Below, in pieces: positions 14,572 through 25,364 of a stretch of 64,000 nucleotides of DNA. The notes under the pieces are model-generated. The model ran no database searches and was not told the DNA's origin. It saw only the letters and a list, made by a program, of their open reading frames with translations. Origin of the DNA: an uncultured Chloroflexia bacterium (GTDB taxonomy: Bacteria > Chloroflexota > Limnocylindria > Limnocylindrales > CSP1-4); the NCBI GenBank assembly GCA_963715295.1, contig CAVQRP010000001.1, positions 398,969 through 462,968 on the forward strand. The letters run 5' to 3'. Within the stretch, counting starts at the first letter, position 1; each line of letters opens with the position of its first letter. Position numbers and translations under genes: made by a program.

Positions 14572-15480
14572 CAGCCACGCGCGGGCTGCCGGCGAGGTCG
14601 GGATGGACGGGGCAGCGCCAGCCCGGCAGCAGCTCGGCGCGGCGGCGGCCGTCAGCGCTCGACCTGGTCGCCGCCGATCTCCAGCAGCGCAGCACGCGCC
14701 GGCGCCAGCACCTCGCGGCAGCCCCGCCAGCAGGCGACGCATGACGTCGAGACCGTCGGGCCCGCCGTCGAGCGCGCCGACCGGCTCGAAGCTGGCGGCC
14801 ACCGGCAGCGCCGGGACGGCCGTCGGAGGGGATGTAGGGCAGGTTGGCCGACCAGCAGGTCGACCGGACGCGGCGGGGCTGGGGCGACGTCCGTCAGGTC
14901 GCCCTCGGCGAAGGTGAACAGGTGCGCCAGGCCATGGGAGACGACGTTGATGGTGGCCACGTCGCGGGCGTCACCGGAGATGTCGCTGACGAAGAAGCGC
15001 ACGACATCGCCGTAGCGACGGCGGCGCAGCTCGCTGGCCGATGGCCACCGGGATGGCGCCGGAGCCGGTGCCCACGTCCCACACCAGGTAGGGCTCGGCG
15101 TCGCGTCGCGCGGCGCGCCGGTGAGGTCGTCGCTGATGCGCGCCAGTGCCAGCTCGACGAGCGTCTCGGTCTCGGGCCGTGGGATGAGCACGCGCGCGTC
15201 GACCGAGATGGCCGGCCGTAGAACTCCTTGAGCGCCGCGGATGTAGGCCACCGGCTCGCCCGCCTCGCGGCGCGCGACCACGGCCTCGTAGCGCTCGAGC
15301 TGGCCCGTGCTGAGGACGGCCTCGGGGTGCGCCATGCAGAGCCGCTGCGGTCGACACCCAGGACGTTGCGCCAGCAGCACCTCGGCGTCGAGGCGCGCCG
15401 ATCTCCGAGCCGGACGCCTGCGAGGCGGATCGTGGCTGCGGCGAGGAGCTCGTCCGACCCGCTGCGGTGCGTGTCTCCAT
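14546..15480 (-). CDS. prmC: Release-factor glutamine N5-methyltransferase (heavily frame-broken)
   Basis: Fragments are [86 protein letters not shown](L)PYIP and [21 protein letters not shown]. It lies immediately downstream of prfA. Confidence 0.7.
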
Positions 15481-15497
15481 GGCCGAGCCGGCGGCGC

Positions 15498-16592
<1,095 letters not shown>

Positions 16593-16596
<4 letters not shown>

Positions 16597-17812
16597 GCGC
16601 CCTCCGTGGCGCCTCCGGCGCGCGGCCGGGAGCGTCGCCACCCTCGGGTGCAGCTGACGCTTCGACGTCCTCGATGCTATCGGGCCCATCCGTCGCGGTC
16701 GGTGCCACCACCACGGGAGCCGCGGTCGTGTCGGAGGCCTCGGCGGCCTCGGCGGCCGCCTCCTCGGCCTCGATGCGTGCCTCCATCTCCCGCGCCAGCT
16801 CACCGACGTCGGGGATGGGCTCGCGAACCGGGTCGAGGCTGCCGGCGGGCGCGGTCTCACCGTTGGCGGCGAGGGCCTCCTGCATGGCGCAGATGGCGAC
16901 CTCGATCATGGAGTCGTCGGGCTGCTTGGTGGTGATCTTCTGGACCCAGATGCCGGGCAGGAAGAGCAGATGCCAGAAGCCCGTGCTCGCGCCGCTTGGC
17001 GCCGAACTTGAGCACCTCGTAGGAGACGGCTGCGATGACCGGCACCAGCAGGATGCGACCGAGGATGGCGACCCACAGCTCCACACCGGCCAGCAGGCTG
17101 AAGAGCAGGATGCTGACGATGATGAAGATGACCAGGAACTCGGTGCCGCAGCGCGGGTGGGCGGTGGGGTACTTGCGGATGTTCTCGACCGTCAGCGGCA
17201 GGTTCGACCTCGAGCGCGTGGATGGTCATGTGCTCGGCGCCGTGGTACTGGAAGACGCGGCCGATCTCGGCCGAGCGGCTGACCAGCGCCAGGTAGCCGA
17301 CGAAGATGAAGACCCGGACGAGGCCCTCGAGGATGTGCACGAGGAACGACTGCCAGCCGCTCTCGACCTCACCGAAGAACAGCGACACGCCGCCCTGGGC
17401 CACGAGCAGCGGCAGCAGCACGAACAGGCCGACGGCCAGGCCGATGGTGAACAGCATCGTCAGCGCGATGGCCTTGCCGCCGAAGGCCACGCCTTCGCCG
17501 GCGGCGGCCAGGGAGCCGGACTTCATCAGCCAGCGTGTGCCGATGACGAGCGTCTCGTAGAGCACGACCACGCCGCGGAAGAAGGGTGCGCGGGCGAAGC
17601 GGTTGCGGTGCAGGACGCTGTCGAGCTTCTCCTGGCCGGCGAAGATCTGACCGTCCGGGCCACGCACGGCCACGCCGATGGCGTCCTTGCCGCGCATGTA
17701 GACGCCCTCCATGAGGGCCTGCCCGCCGTAGGCGAAGCGGGGCGTATCCGAGTGAACCGGGGTCGCCGCCCAGCGGGGCGGCTGTCCCCTGCCCTGCCGG
17801 CGACTGGGTCAC
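16593..17812 (-). CDS. DUF1385-family membrane protein (frame broken; ends approximate)
   Basis: [25 protein letters not shown]...[13 protein letters not shown]...HPRCGTEF...[13 protein letters not shown]...[25 protein letters not shown]. The family is typically next to prfA/prmC/rpmE. The stop overlaps the prfA ATG (ATGA) in the reconstructed frame. Confidence 0.7.
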
Positions 17813-17826
17813 GATCTGGCTTCGGC

Positions 17827-18039
17827 TCAGAGCTTGGCGGAGCGCTCGAGGCGCTTCTGGAAGCGCTCGACCTGGCCGGCGGTGTCGACGATGGTCTGCT
17901 TGCCCGTGTAGAACGGATGGCAGCTGGAGCAGATGTCGACGCGCAGCTCCTCCTGGGTGGAGCCGACGCTGAACTCGGTGCCGCAGGAGGCGCAGCTGAC
18001 CTTGGCCTGGTAGTACTTGGGATGTGTATCGGGCTTCAT
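17827..18039 (-). CDS. rpmE: 50S ribosomal protein L31
   Basis: Intact 70 aa: MKPDTHPKYYQAKVSCASCGTEFSVGST...CSSCHPFYTGKQ, with the CxxC...CxxC zinc form. Confidence 0.95.
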   Translation of the reverse strand: MKPDTHPKYYQAKVSCASCGTEFSVGSTQEELRVDICSSCHPFYTGKQTIVDTAGQVERFQKRLERSAKL

Positions 18040-18060
18040 GTCGTCGAGGGTCCTTCGGCC

Positions 18061-18327
18061 TCAGCTGGCCAGCGACTCGGCTTCGACGCGGATGCGCTTC
18101 TTGTCCTTGCGGGCATGCTCGAAGTGGACGCGGCCGTCGACCGTCGCGAAGACGGTGTAGTCCCTGCCGAGGCCGGTGCCGGGACCGGCGAGGAAGGTCA
18201 TGCCGCGCTGGCGCACGATGATCGAGCCGGCGCTGACGAGCTGGCCGTCACCGGCCTTGACGCCCAGGCGCTGGCCGACGCTATCGCGGCCGTTCTTGGA
18301 GCTGGAGCCTGCCTTCTTGTGAGCCAT
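18061..18327 (-). CDS. rpmA: 50S ribosomal protein L27
   Basis: Intact 88 aa: [42 protein letters not shown]. Confidence 0.95.
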   Translation of the reverse strand: MAHKKAGSSSKNGRDSVGQRLGVKAGDGQLVSAGSIIVRQRGMTFLAGPGTGLGRDYTVFATVDGRVHFEHARKDKKRIRVEAESLAS

Positions 18328-18330
18328 GGG

Positions 18331-19005
18331 TCAGCTCGTCCTTCTTGGTGTCGTCTGCGTCGGCGGAGCGGTCGCGTCCTCGGAGGCGGCTTCGGCCTCG
18401 GCGCTCGTGGCGGCCTCGGCGCTCAGTGGCGGCCTCGGCGCTCGTGGCGGCCTCGGGCTTCGGCTCGGCAGCCGTCGTCCGCTGGTCTCGGCGGTCGACT
18501 TCTTCGTGCTCGGCCTTGGGCTTGGGCTTGGCCGCAGCCTTGGCCGGCTTGGCCTCGGCGGCCGCGGCCAGCTTCTCGGCCAGGGCCTTGTCGGCGGCGG
18601 CCTTCTCGGCGGCAGCCTGCTCGGCCTTCGCGGCCTTCTTGGCCTCCTGGCCTCTGCCTCCGGCGCTCTCGGCGTCCTTGGCCGCGCTCTTGCCGCCGAA
18701 GGCGATGTCGGTGATGCGCAGCGTGGTCAGCTCGGCGCGGAAGCCCTGCTTGACGCGCGTGCGGGCCTTGGGCTTGTACTTGAAGACGACGATCTTCTCG
18801 CCACGCTCCTGGCGCAGGACCTGCGCGAGACGCTGGCGCCGTCCACGACCGGCTGGCCGATGGCGGCGTCGTCGCCGTCCGCGACCAGCAGGACGCGATC
18901 GAGGGTGATGGAGTCGCCGGGCTGGACGTCCAGGCGATCGACCTGGATCTCCGAGCCGAGCTCGACGCGGTGCTGCTTGCCGCCTGATTCGATGACTGCG
19001 TACAT
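18331..19005 (-). CDS. rplU: 50S ribosomal protein L21 with a long Ala/Lys/Glu-rich C-terminal extension (frame broken about 3 times)
   Basis: MYAVIESGGKQHRVELGSEIQVDRLDV...KIVVFKYKPKARTRVKQGFRAELTTLRITDI, followed by about 120 aa of AAKAEQAAAEKAAADKALAEKLAAAAEAKPAKAAAKPKPK and ATSAEA repeats. The reconstructed frame ends ...TTPRRTS at the TGA at 18331, 3 nt before the rpmA ATG. Confidence 0.85.
18394..18466. repeat. 18-nt tandem repeat (about 4 copies) inside the rplU tail, encoding ATSAEA hexapeptides
   Basis: Copies are ggcctcggcgctcgtggc at 18394..18411, 18412..18430 (19 nt, extra A at 18425), 18431..18448, and a degenerate copy at 18449..18466. Confidence 0.8.
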
Positions 19006-19108
19006 GGGCTTCCCGTTGGGTGGTCGGTGCATGATGTGATGACTGGGTCGACGCGCGGCGTGAGTCGCAGGCGAACACGGCGCGACGGACACTCGGGCGC
19101 GAAGGGAG

Positions 19109-19698
19109 ATGGTAGCCGGATTCGCTCGCGAGCGTCAATCAGCACGGGCGACGGCGACGGAGGGAACGCCCGCGTTGGGCCCGCTCTCCAGTATCGTTCG
19201 CGGACATGGCTCGAACCTCTACGACGTGCTGCTGATCAGCCCGCGGGCCGACCGCGAGCTCATCAGCGTCGTCTACCGCCACCTCGCCAAGCGCTACCAC
19301 CCCGACGTCGACTCGTCGCCCGCAGGCTGCCGCGCGCATGACCGAGCTGAACGAGGCCTACGCCATCCTGAGCGACCCAACGAAGCGTGCCCGCTACGAC
19401 GAGCAGATCGGCTTGGCCACGCCGCCATCACCGGACGTGGTGCCGGGTGACAGCCGACCCACTCGTCGCGGCGCCACCAATGCCGCCGCACCCGCGACCG
19501 ACCAGCCCCTACGGCGAGGCCGGGCCTCCGCCGCCTAGCCCGCCGCCGACAGGGCGGCCACTCACCTTCGGCCGCTATCGCGGCTGGACGCTCAACCAGG
19601 TCGCTCGCTACGACCTCGACTACCTCGAGTGGCTGTCGCGCACCACGATGGGGCGCAACTACAAGCGCGAGCTGGACGAGCTGCTGCGCCGTGCCCTG
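19109..19698 (+). CDS. J-domain (DnaJ-like) protein with a DUF3820-like C-terminal domain (frame broken; start and stop uncertain)
   Basis: NLYDVLLISPRADRELISVVYRHLAKRYHPDV then (frame change) MTELNEAYAILSDPTKRARYDE contains the HPD motif of a J domain. The later fragment is LTFGRYRGWTLNQVARYDLDYLEWLSRTTMGRNYKRELDELL. A TTG near 19178 with GGAGGG upstream is an alternative start. Confidence 0.5.
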
Positions 19699-19732
19699 AG
19701 CGGACGCCGCGGCCATGCGGAACGGATCCCGC

Positions 19733-20995
19733 TCAGGCGGCCGCGCTGCCCGCCTCGCCGGGTGGTGGCGCTCGTCGCGCGGGGCCTTGGGGATGGCCCA
19801 CTGCAGCATCACCGGCGCCACCAGCGTCGTCAGGATGACGGCCGCCAGCAGGACCGCGTACATCTCGCTGTCCGATGAGCCCCAGCGAGAGCCCCAGCGC
19901 CGAGACGACGATGCCGACCTCGCCGCGCGGGCTCATGCCCAGGCCGACGACGATGGAGTTCCACTTGCCCAGCCTCCAGGAGCCGACGATGCCGCCCACC
20001 AGCTTGGTGAGCACGCCCATGACGGCCAGCACGAGCACGATGATGAGCAGCTCGGGACTCGAGCAGCGCACTCATGTCGATGTTGGCAGCCGGTGACGGC
20101 GAAGAAGAACGGCGCGAAGATGCCGAGCAGTGGTCGGAAGCCGTGCTCGACCTCCTCGCGCACCGGCGTCTCGGCGATCATCAGGCCGACCACGAAGGCG
20201 CCGATGATGGCCGCCAGGCCCACGAACTGCGCCAGCAGGGCGCCGGCGAACATGAGGATGAAGACGGGCACGATCGGCGTGTCGGCGAACTTGGGCCAGA
20301 TGAAGAGCCGTGCGCGGCAGGCGGCGACCCAGCGGCGCCAGCGCCAGGCCGATGCCGACGAAGGCGATGCCAGCGACCATCGTCAGGAGCGTCTCCGGGC
20401 CGAGGCTGCCCTCGGCGACGCCGGAGAGCAGACCGATGGCGAGGAGCGCCAGGATGTCGTCGACGATGGCGGCGCCGAGGATGACGCGCGCGAAGGCTCG
20501 GTCGAGCACCCCCATCTCTGCCAGCACGCGACTGGTGATGCCGATGCTGGTGGCCGCCAGCGCAAGGCCGGTCAGGACCGCCGCGAGCATGTCCTCACCG
20601 ATGGCCAGGCCGATGGCAGCGCCCGCGATGATGGGCAGGATGAAGCCGATGGTGCCGACCGCGATGGCCATCGGACCGACCTTGAGCAGGTCGTCGATGC
20701 GTACCTCGAGGCCCACCGTGAAGAGCAGGATGATCACGCCCAGCTCGGCGAAGACCTCTGCCGTCACGGTCACGTCGGCGAGGCCCAGCGCGAAGGGCCC
20801 GACGATGAAGCCGCCGAGCATCTCGCCGATGACGCCGGGCTGGTTGATGCGCCGGAAGATCTCCTCGCCAGCCTTGGCCGCGATGAAGAGGATGAAGAGG
20901 CTGAACATGGCGCTGGCGAAGGCCGCGCCCTCTTCGCCGCCACCAGACGAGAAGATCAGGCCGTCAGGAAACGAGAGGTCGGGGAGAAAGGGCAT
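19733..20995 (-). CDS. Cation:proton antiporter, CPA2/Kef-type (frame broken at least 4 times)
   Basis: The ORF 20072..20995 N-terminus reads FIAAKAGEEIFRRINQPGVIGEMLGGFIVGPFALG...LLFTVGLEV...GAAIVDDILALL. It continues in 19933..20271 (IIGAFVVGLMIAETP), 19733..20071 (KLVGGIVGSWRLGKWNSIVVGLGMSPRGEVGIVV) and 19294..19863 (AVLLAAVILTTLVAPVML). Confidence 0.7.
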
Positions 20996-21081
20996 GTGTC
21001 TACAGCGTAGCGTTCCGCGGCGGGTGGAGGCTCATGCGCTCTGGCTGCCTCGACGGGGGCCATGCGGGCCGGGCCGTCGGC

Positions 21082-22225
21082 TCAGGTCGATCGCGATCGC
21101 CGCATCGCCAACGACTCCAGGATGCCCAGGCCCAGGGCGGCACTGATGAGCGAGGCGCCGCCGTGGGTCACGAACGGCAGCGGGATGCCGGTGATGGGCA
21201 TGACACCGAGCACCATGCCGATGTTCACGATCATCTGGAACAGCAGCATGCCGGCGATGCCGCCGGAGAAGGCCAGTGTGAAGGTGTCGCCGGAGCGCCA
21301 GCCGACGTGCAGGACGCGCCAGATGAGCAGGGCGAAGAGCGTCAGCACGACCGCGCCGCCGAGGAAGCCCAGCTCCTCGCCGACGCGGGCGAAGACGAAG
21401 TCGGTCGAGCCCACGGGCAGGTTCTCGCCGGCCAGGCCGTTGGTCAGGCCGCGACCGAAGAGGCCGCCCGAGCTGACGGTGACCTGCGACTGCTGCAGCT
21501 GGTAGCCCGAGCCCAGCGGGTCGGCCGATGGGTCGATGAACGAGATCAGCCGCTGCTTCTGGTAGTCCCGCAGGACCACCTGCCATGCCAGCGGCACCAG
21601 GGCCAGCACGGCCAGCACCGTGACTGCCAGCCAGCGCAGGCTGGCGCCGGACATGAAGAGGGCACCGAGCATGATGGCGCCGAACACGAGCGAGGTGCCC
21701 AGGTCGGGCTGCACGAGCACCAGCGCCAGCATGGGCAGCACGACCAGACCGGCGCCGATGAGCGTACGGGCGCTGGAGATGCGCGCCTCACGCGTGGCCA
21801 GGTAGTGCGCCAGGACGACCGCCAGCAGGATCTTGGCCGACCTCCGAGAACTGGAACTGCAGGCCGAAGATCGAGACCCAGCGAGAGACGCCACCGGTGC
21901 CGCTGCCGAACACCAGCGTGAGCACCAGCAGGGCGATGCTGATGCCATAGATGGGCCACGCGAACGTGCGCAGCCAGTGGTGGTCGGCAGCGGCGGTGGC
22001 GACGAAGATGATCGCCGCGAGCGCGAGCCAGATGAGGCCGCGCGTGAAGATCGAGCCCGGCCGGAGGGGGTCGTCGGCCGAGTTGGTGAAGGCCATGAGC
22101 AGACCCACCACCGTGAGCGAGAGAGCGAAGATGGCCAGCTGCAGGTCGAAGCCGTACCAACGGCCCTCCCCCTCCCGGGCGGTCAGCGTGCCGACGCGTG
22201 CCGGCTCGAGTCGCAGCGTGCTCAT
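21082..22225 (-). CDS. rodA: SEDS peptidoglycan polymerase RodA (one frame break near 21838)
   Basis: The N-terminus MSTLRLE...FDLQLAIFALSLTVVGLLMAF...SRWVSIFGLQFQFSEV is in the frame of ORF 21788..24571. The rest is in ORF 21082..21948 (KILLAVVLAHYLA...QPDLGTSLVF...STDFVFARVGEELGFLG...PLPFVTHGGASL). An extra G in ggtcGgccaag explains the shift. The ATG overlaps the mrdA stop (TGATG). Confidence 0.85.
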
Positions 22226-24161
22226 CAGCTGTTGAGGTTGTAGAAGTTGTCGCGCTCGAGGACCCAGCCCTGTCGCAGGTCGGTCTTGAGCCCATAGTGG
22301 AGCTGCAGGAAGTACTTGACGACCTCGGTGGCGACGTTGCCCCGGGTGCGCGTGTCGTCGAGGTAGGCCAGCACCACCAGGTCTGAGTCCTCGCGCTTGA
22401 CGGCAGCGATGCCGTTGGGGTCGGCTTCCGTCTTGCGTGCCTCCTTGGGCACGAAGGCGACGAACCAGTTGCTGAAGGGCAGCCGGCCCTGCTTGTCGCG
22501 GAGACCGAACTCGGCCGTGCCGGACTTGCCCGCCACGACGATGGGCAGGTCCACGAGGTTGTAGGTGTGGCGGATGGTGACGACTCGGCGGGCAGGCAAC
22601 ACGCATGGTGCGCAGCACCGACTTGTCGACGTCCAGCTCGCGGATGACCTCGGGCTGCACTCGCTCGATGACCTTGCCTTCGGGATCGAGGATCTTGCGC
22701 ACGAGCTGGGGCTTGTAGAGGGTGCCGCCGTTGGCCAGCGCGGCGTAGGCGTTGAGCACCTGGATGGGCGTGCTGGTGTTGTAGCCCTGACCGATGCCGG
22801 CCTGGTAGAGCTCGCCGGTGAAGTACTGCTCGTTGAGGGTGCGGCGCTTCCATTCGTTGGTGGGCACGATGCCCGCGGCCTCGCCCGGCAGCTCGATGCC
22901 GGTGGGCTTGCCGAAGCCGAACTGGTGGGCCCAGTAGGCCAGCCGGTCGATACCGAGCATGCCTGAGAGCTTGTAGAAGAACGTGTCACTGGAGTGACCG
23001 AAGCCATCGTAGATGTTGAGTGGGCCCCAGCCTTCCTTGTTCCAGTCCCAGTACTTCCACTCGCCGATCTCGATGAAGGGCTCGGACTTGACGCGCGAGC
23101 TGGGGCTGATCTTGCCGTCGGCGAGCGCGCCGGTGCCGGTGACCAGCTTGTACGTGGAGCCCGGCGGGTACTGCTCGTTGATGGCCACGTTGAGCATGGG
23201 CTTGCTGGGGTCCTTGAGCAGCCGACGGTAGTCGGAGGTGGCGATGCCCTGGGCGAACTTGTTGTTGTCGTAGCTGGGCAGCGATACCATGGCCAGGATC
23301 TCGCCGTTCTGCGGGTTCATGGCGACGAACGTGCCACGCTTGATGCCGACCCGATCCATGGCCCACTTCAGGGCCTTCTCGGCGTTCTTCTGGGCCCTGG
23401 TATCGATGGTCAGTTCGAGCGAGCTGCCGGGGGTCGGCTCTCGCAGCATGTCGGCTGCGTGGATCTCGTGGCCCTGGCGGTCGAGGTCGACCAGCTCGAG
23501 GCCGTAGGTCCCGCGCAGGACATCCTCGTAGGTGGCCTCCAGGCCCGCCTTGCCCAACAGGTCCTCGGGGTAGTAGCCGTCATCCTTGAGGCGCTGGTAC
23601 TCGGGCCCGGAGATGCGACCAGTCCAGCCAAGGACGTGGGACATGAGCTTGCCCTGGGGGTACCTGCGGCGGGCCTCCAGATCGACCTGGACGCCGGGGA
23701 ACAGGTCCGGATCCTCGGCGATGACGCGCGCAGTCTCCGTCGGAGACGTCGGTGATCCGAACAAGCTCGTACTGCGAGCCGGTGTGGGCATCGAGGCGCT
23801 CGATGATCTTGCGGGCCGGGATGTCGGTGAGCCTCGACACACGCTCCGCCACCTCAGGACGGACCTCGAAGGGAAGCTCCGCCGGCAGGATGCGCAGCAC
23901 GAAGGTGGGCACGTTCTCGACCAACAGGCGGCCGCGCCGGTCGTACATGAGCCCGCGCGACGACGGGGATCGGCCGCTCGCTGGTCAGTTGCTGCTCGGT
24001 GTAGACCTCGTAGCTGGCGCCCTCCGCGACCTGCAGCTGGAAGAGGCGCAGCCCCAGGCCGGTCACGGCCAGGACGATGGCGACCCCGAAGGCGATGAAA
24101 CGCGGAGCCAGGTTGCGCTGGCTGGGAGCGCGGGTGCCGAACAGGCAAGGGCTCGCCGATC
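22225..24161 (-). CDS. mrdA: Penicillin-binding protein 2, elongasome transpeptidase (frame broken at least 5 times)
   Basis: MIGEPLP.. at the ATG at 24161; the TM segment RNLAPRFIAFGVAIVLAVTGLGLRLFQLQV; YDRRGRLLVENVP; RRYPQGKLMSHVLGW; the core in ORF 21788..24571 with GTFVAMNPQNGEILAMVSLPSYD, the STYK active-site motif (PPGSTYKLVTG) and GHSSDTFFY; and the C-terminus in 22225..23007 with VAGKSGTAEF (KSG motif). Confidence 0.85.
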
Positions 24162-24167
24162 ATGCGC

Positions 24168-24674
24168 TCACCATGCCAGTCGCTCGGGCTCGCCGAAGCG
24201 CAGGTCGAGGGCCCGTACGGCGACCAGCGCCGATCGATCGCGATGGCAGCGTTGAGGATGCCGCTGAGGATGAGCTCGGGCAGCGACAGGCCGCTGAACG
24301 TGACGCCTGCTGGTGAGCGCCAAGAGCGCCAGCAGCACCGAGCTGATAGGCAAAGGTGAGCACGAAGGTCGTGACCGCCGACGAACACCAGCCGCGGCGG
24401 CCACAGTGCGCGTGCCACCACCAGCGCCGCGCCGTCACGAGCACCAGCGTCAGCGCCGACGAGCCGAGCGCGCGCCCGGGCAGCAGGAGATCGAGGGTGA
24501 CGCCTCCGACGAAGGCCCACGTCATGCCGCTCTCGAACCCGAGCCCATCGCCATGGCGATGCCCACGGCAAAGACGAGGTCGGGCTTGACGCCGCCCACC
24601 TGAAGATGGGTCAGCACGCTCGACTCCAGGATGGCAGCGAGGACGGCCCCCACGGCAGGAGCCAGAACGCTCAT
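24168..24674 (-). CDS. mreD: Rod-shape-determining protein MreD (frame broken at least 3 times)
   Basis: MSVLAPAVGAVLAAILESSVLTHLQVGGVKPDLVFAVGIAMAMG / FESGMTWAFVGGVTLDLLLPGRALGSSALTLVLV / ...ELILSGILNAAIA.. / ALVAVRALDLRFGEPERLAW-stop. It is a small polytopic protein directly upstream of mrdA-rodA. Confidence 0.6.
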
Positions 24675-24960
24675 CGGAGTAGGTCGATAACGGTTCGGTT
24701 TCCACGGCTGAGGTGACGCCAGCGAGTCGCCCCTCGCACAGGAACGCCACCTCCAACCGAGTATAGCCGAGCGCTTCAAAGTGCGCCCACGGGCTACCCA
24801 GGGCGCCCACTGGCAACTCGAGCCAGCACCATCAGGTCGGGAGCGGCCCGCCTTGCAGTCTCGGGGCCGCTCCCCTGCCCCTGTCCTGCTAGCTCGTGCG
24901 TATCGCCTCGTTTGCCTTGGCACAGCCGCGGACCGATTGTTGGGCGCGATGCCTGAATCA

Positions 24961-24976
24961 TGTTTCACGTGGAACA
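24961..24976. promoter_or_regulatory. parS-like ParB-binding site (15/16 match)
   Basis: tgtttcacgtgGaaca compared with the consensus TGTTTCACGTGAAACA. Confidence 0.7.
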
Positions 24977-25065
24977 TCTGCCAGGCGTAGTCACCGCGTG
25001 GGGGAGTCGACGCGCCCATCCCCTCCCCCGCCGCCACTGGGCAGGACGTCAAGCCCTGAAGGGAC

Positions 25066-25081
25066 TGTTTCACGTGAAACA
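25066..25081. promoter_or_regulatory. parS centromere site (perfect 16-bp palindrome)
   Basis: tgtttcacgtgaaaca is an exact match to the canonical parS. It lies 284 bp upstream of parA. Confidence 0.85.
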
Positions 25082-25129
25082 CCGCGGGCTGCGGGAGTTC
25101 ATGGCGTTCGTTCGACCTCCCCGCCTGAT

Positions 25130-25309
25130 CGTGGATAAGCTGCGGATAAGTGCTCGCGGCGACCGACCGCAGGACGTGTCCCTAGCCTCGAGGATCAGCG
25201 CGGTTCAAGCGTGAGCATGGTCAGACTGAAGCCCTTTGGGATCTCCGATCGTAGCTCGCCGCAAGAAGCAACATCGGGTGTGGACAACGTGGTGCACCGA
25301 AGCAACATC
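25130..25309 (+). promoter_or_regulatory. Cluster of three same-orientation DnaA boxes, plus a flanking 11-bp direct repeat
   Basis: cgtggataa (25130..25138), tgcggataa (25141..25149) and tgtggacaa (25279..25287), compared with TGTGGATAA/TGTGGACAA. The repeat gaagcaacatc occurs at 25265..25275 and 25299..25309. Confidence 0.5.
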
Positions 25310-25364
25310 CTGCTTGCTCAGAGTAGAATTGGGACCAGTGTGTAGCGATCAGGGCGGGGGCTAG

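Noticed and set aside
17713-17812. A GC hairpin (gccgccc agcg gggcggc) that could be an rpmE terminator.
   Set aside because: After frame reconstruction, the DUF1385 gene most likely starts at the GTG at 17812, which places this hairpin inside coding sequence. It also has no U-tract.
21788-24571. A 927-aa ORF that looks like one giant protein. The ORFs 14894..17086, 14971..16860 and 9637..11034 look similar.
   Set aside because: Each is a chimera created by frame errors. 21788..24571 contains pieces of mreD, the mrdA core and the rodA N-terminus. The others run through prmC, prfA and DUF1385, or through atpF, atpE-antisense and atpB. They are not real fusion proteins.
24675-24960. A possible remnant of mreC upstream of mreD (the minus-strand frame ...LPVGALGSPWAHFEALGYTRLEVAFL... 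vaguely resembles an MreC C-terminus).
   Set aside because: The similarity is weak. There is no room for a full mreC before the parS sites and parA, and no further MreC-like sequence appears in any frame.
24960-25214. An 84-aa ORF beginning MFHVEH, and the minus-strand ORF 24522..25082 beginning MFHVKQ.
   Set aside because: The MFHV(E/K)H peptides are simply translations of the palindromic parS sites (TGTTTCACGTG). The remainder is non-coding-like, apart from the C-terminal portion of the minus-strand ORF (from MSVLAPAVG...), which is the mreD N-terminus in that frame.
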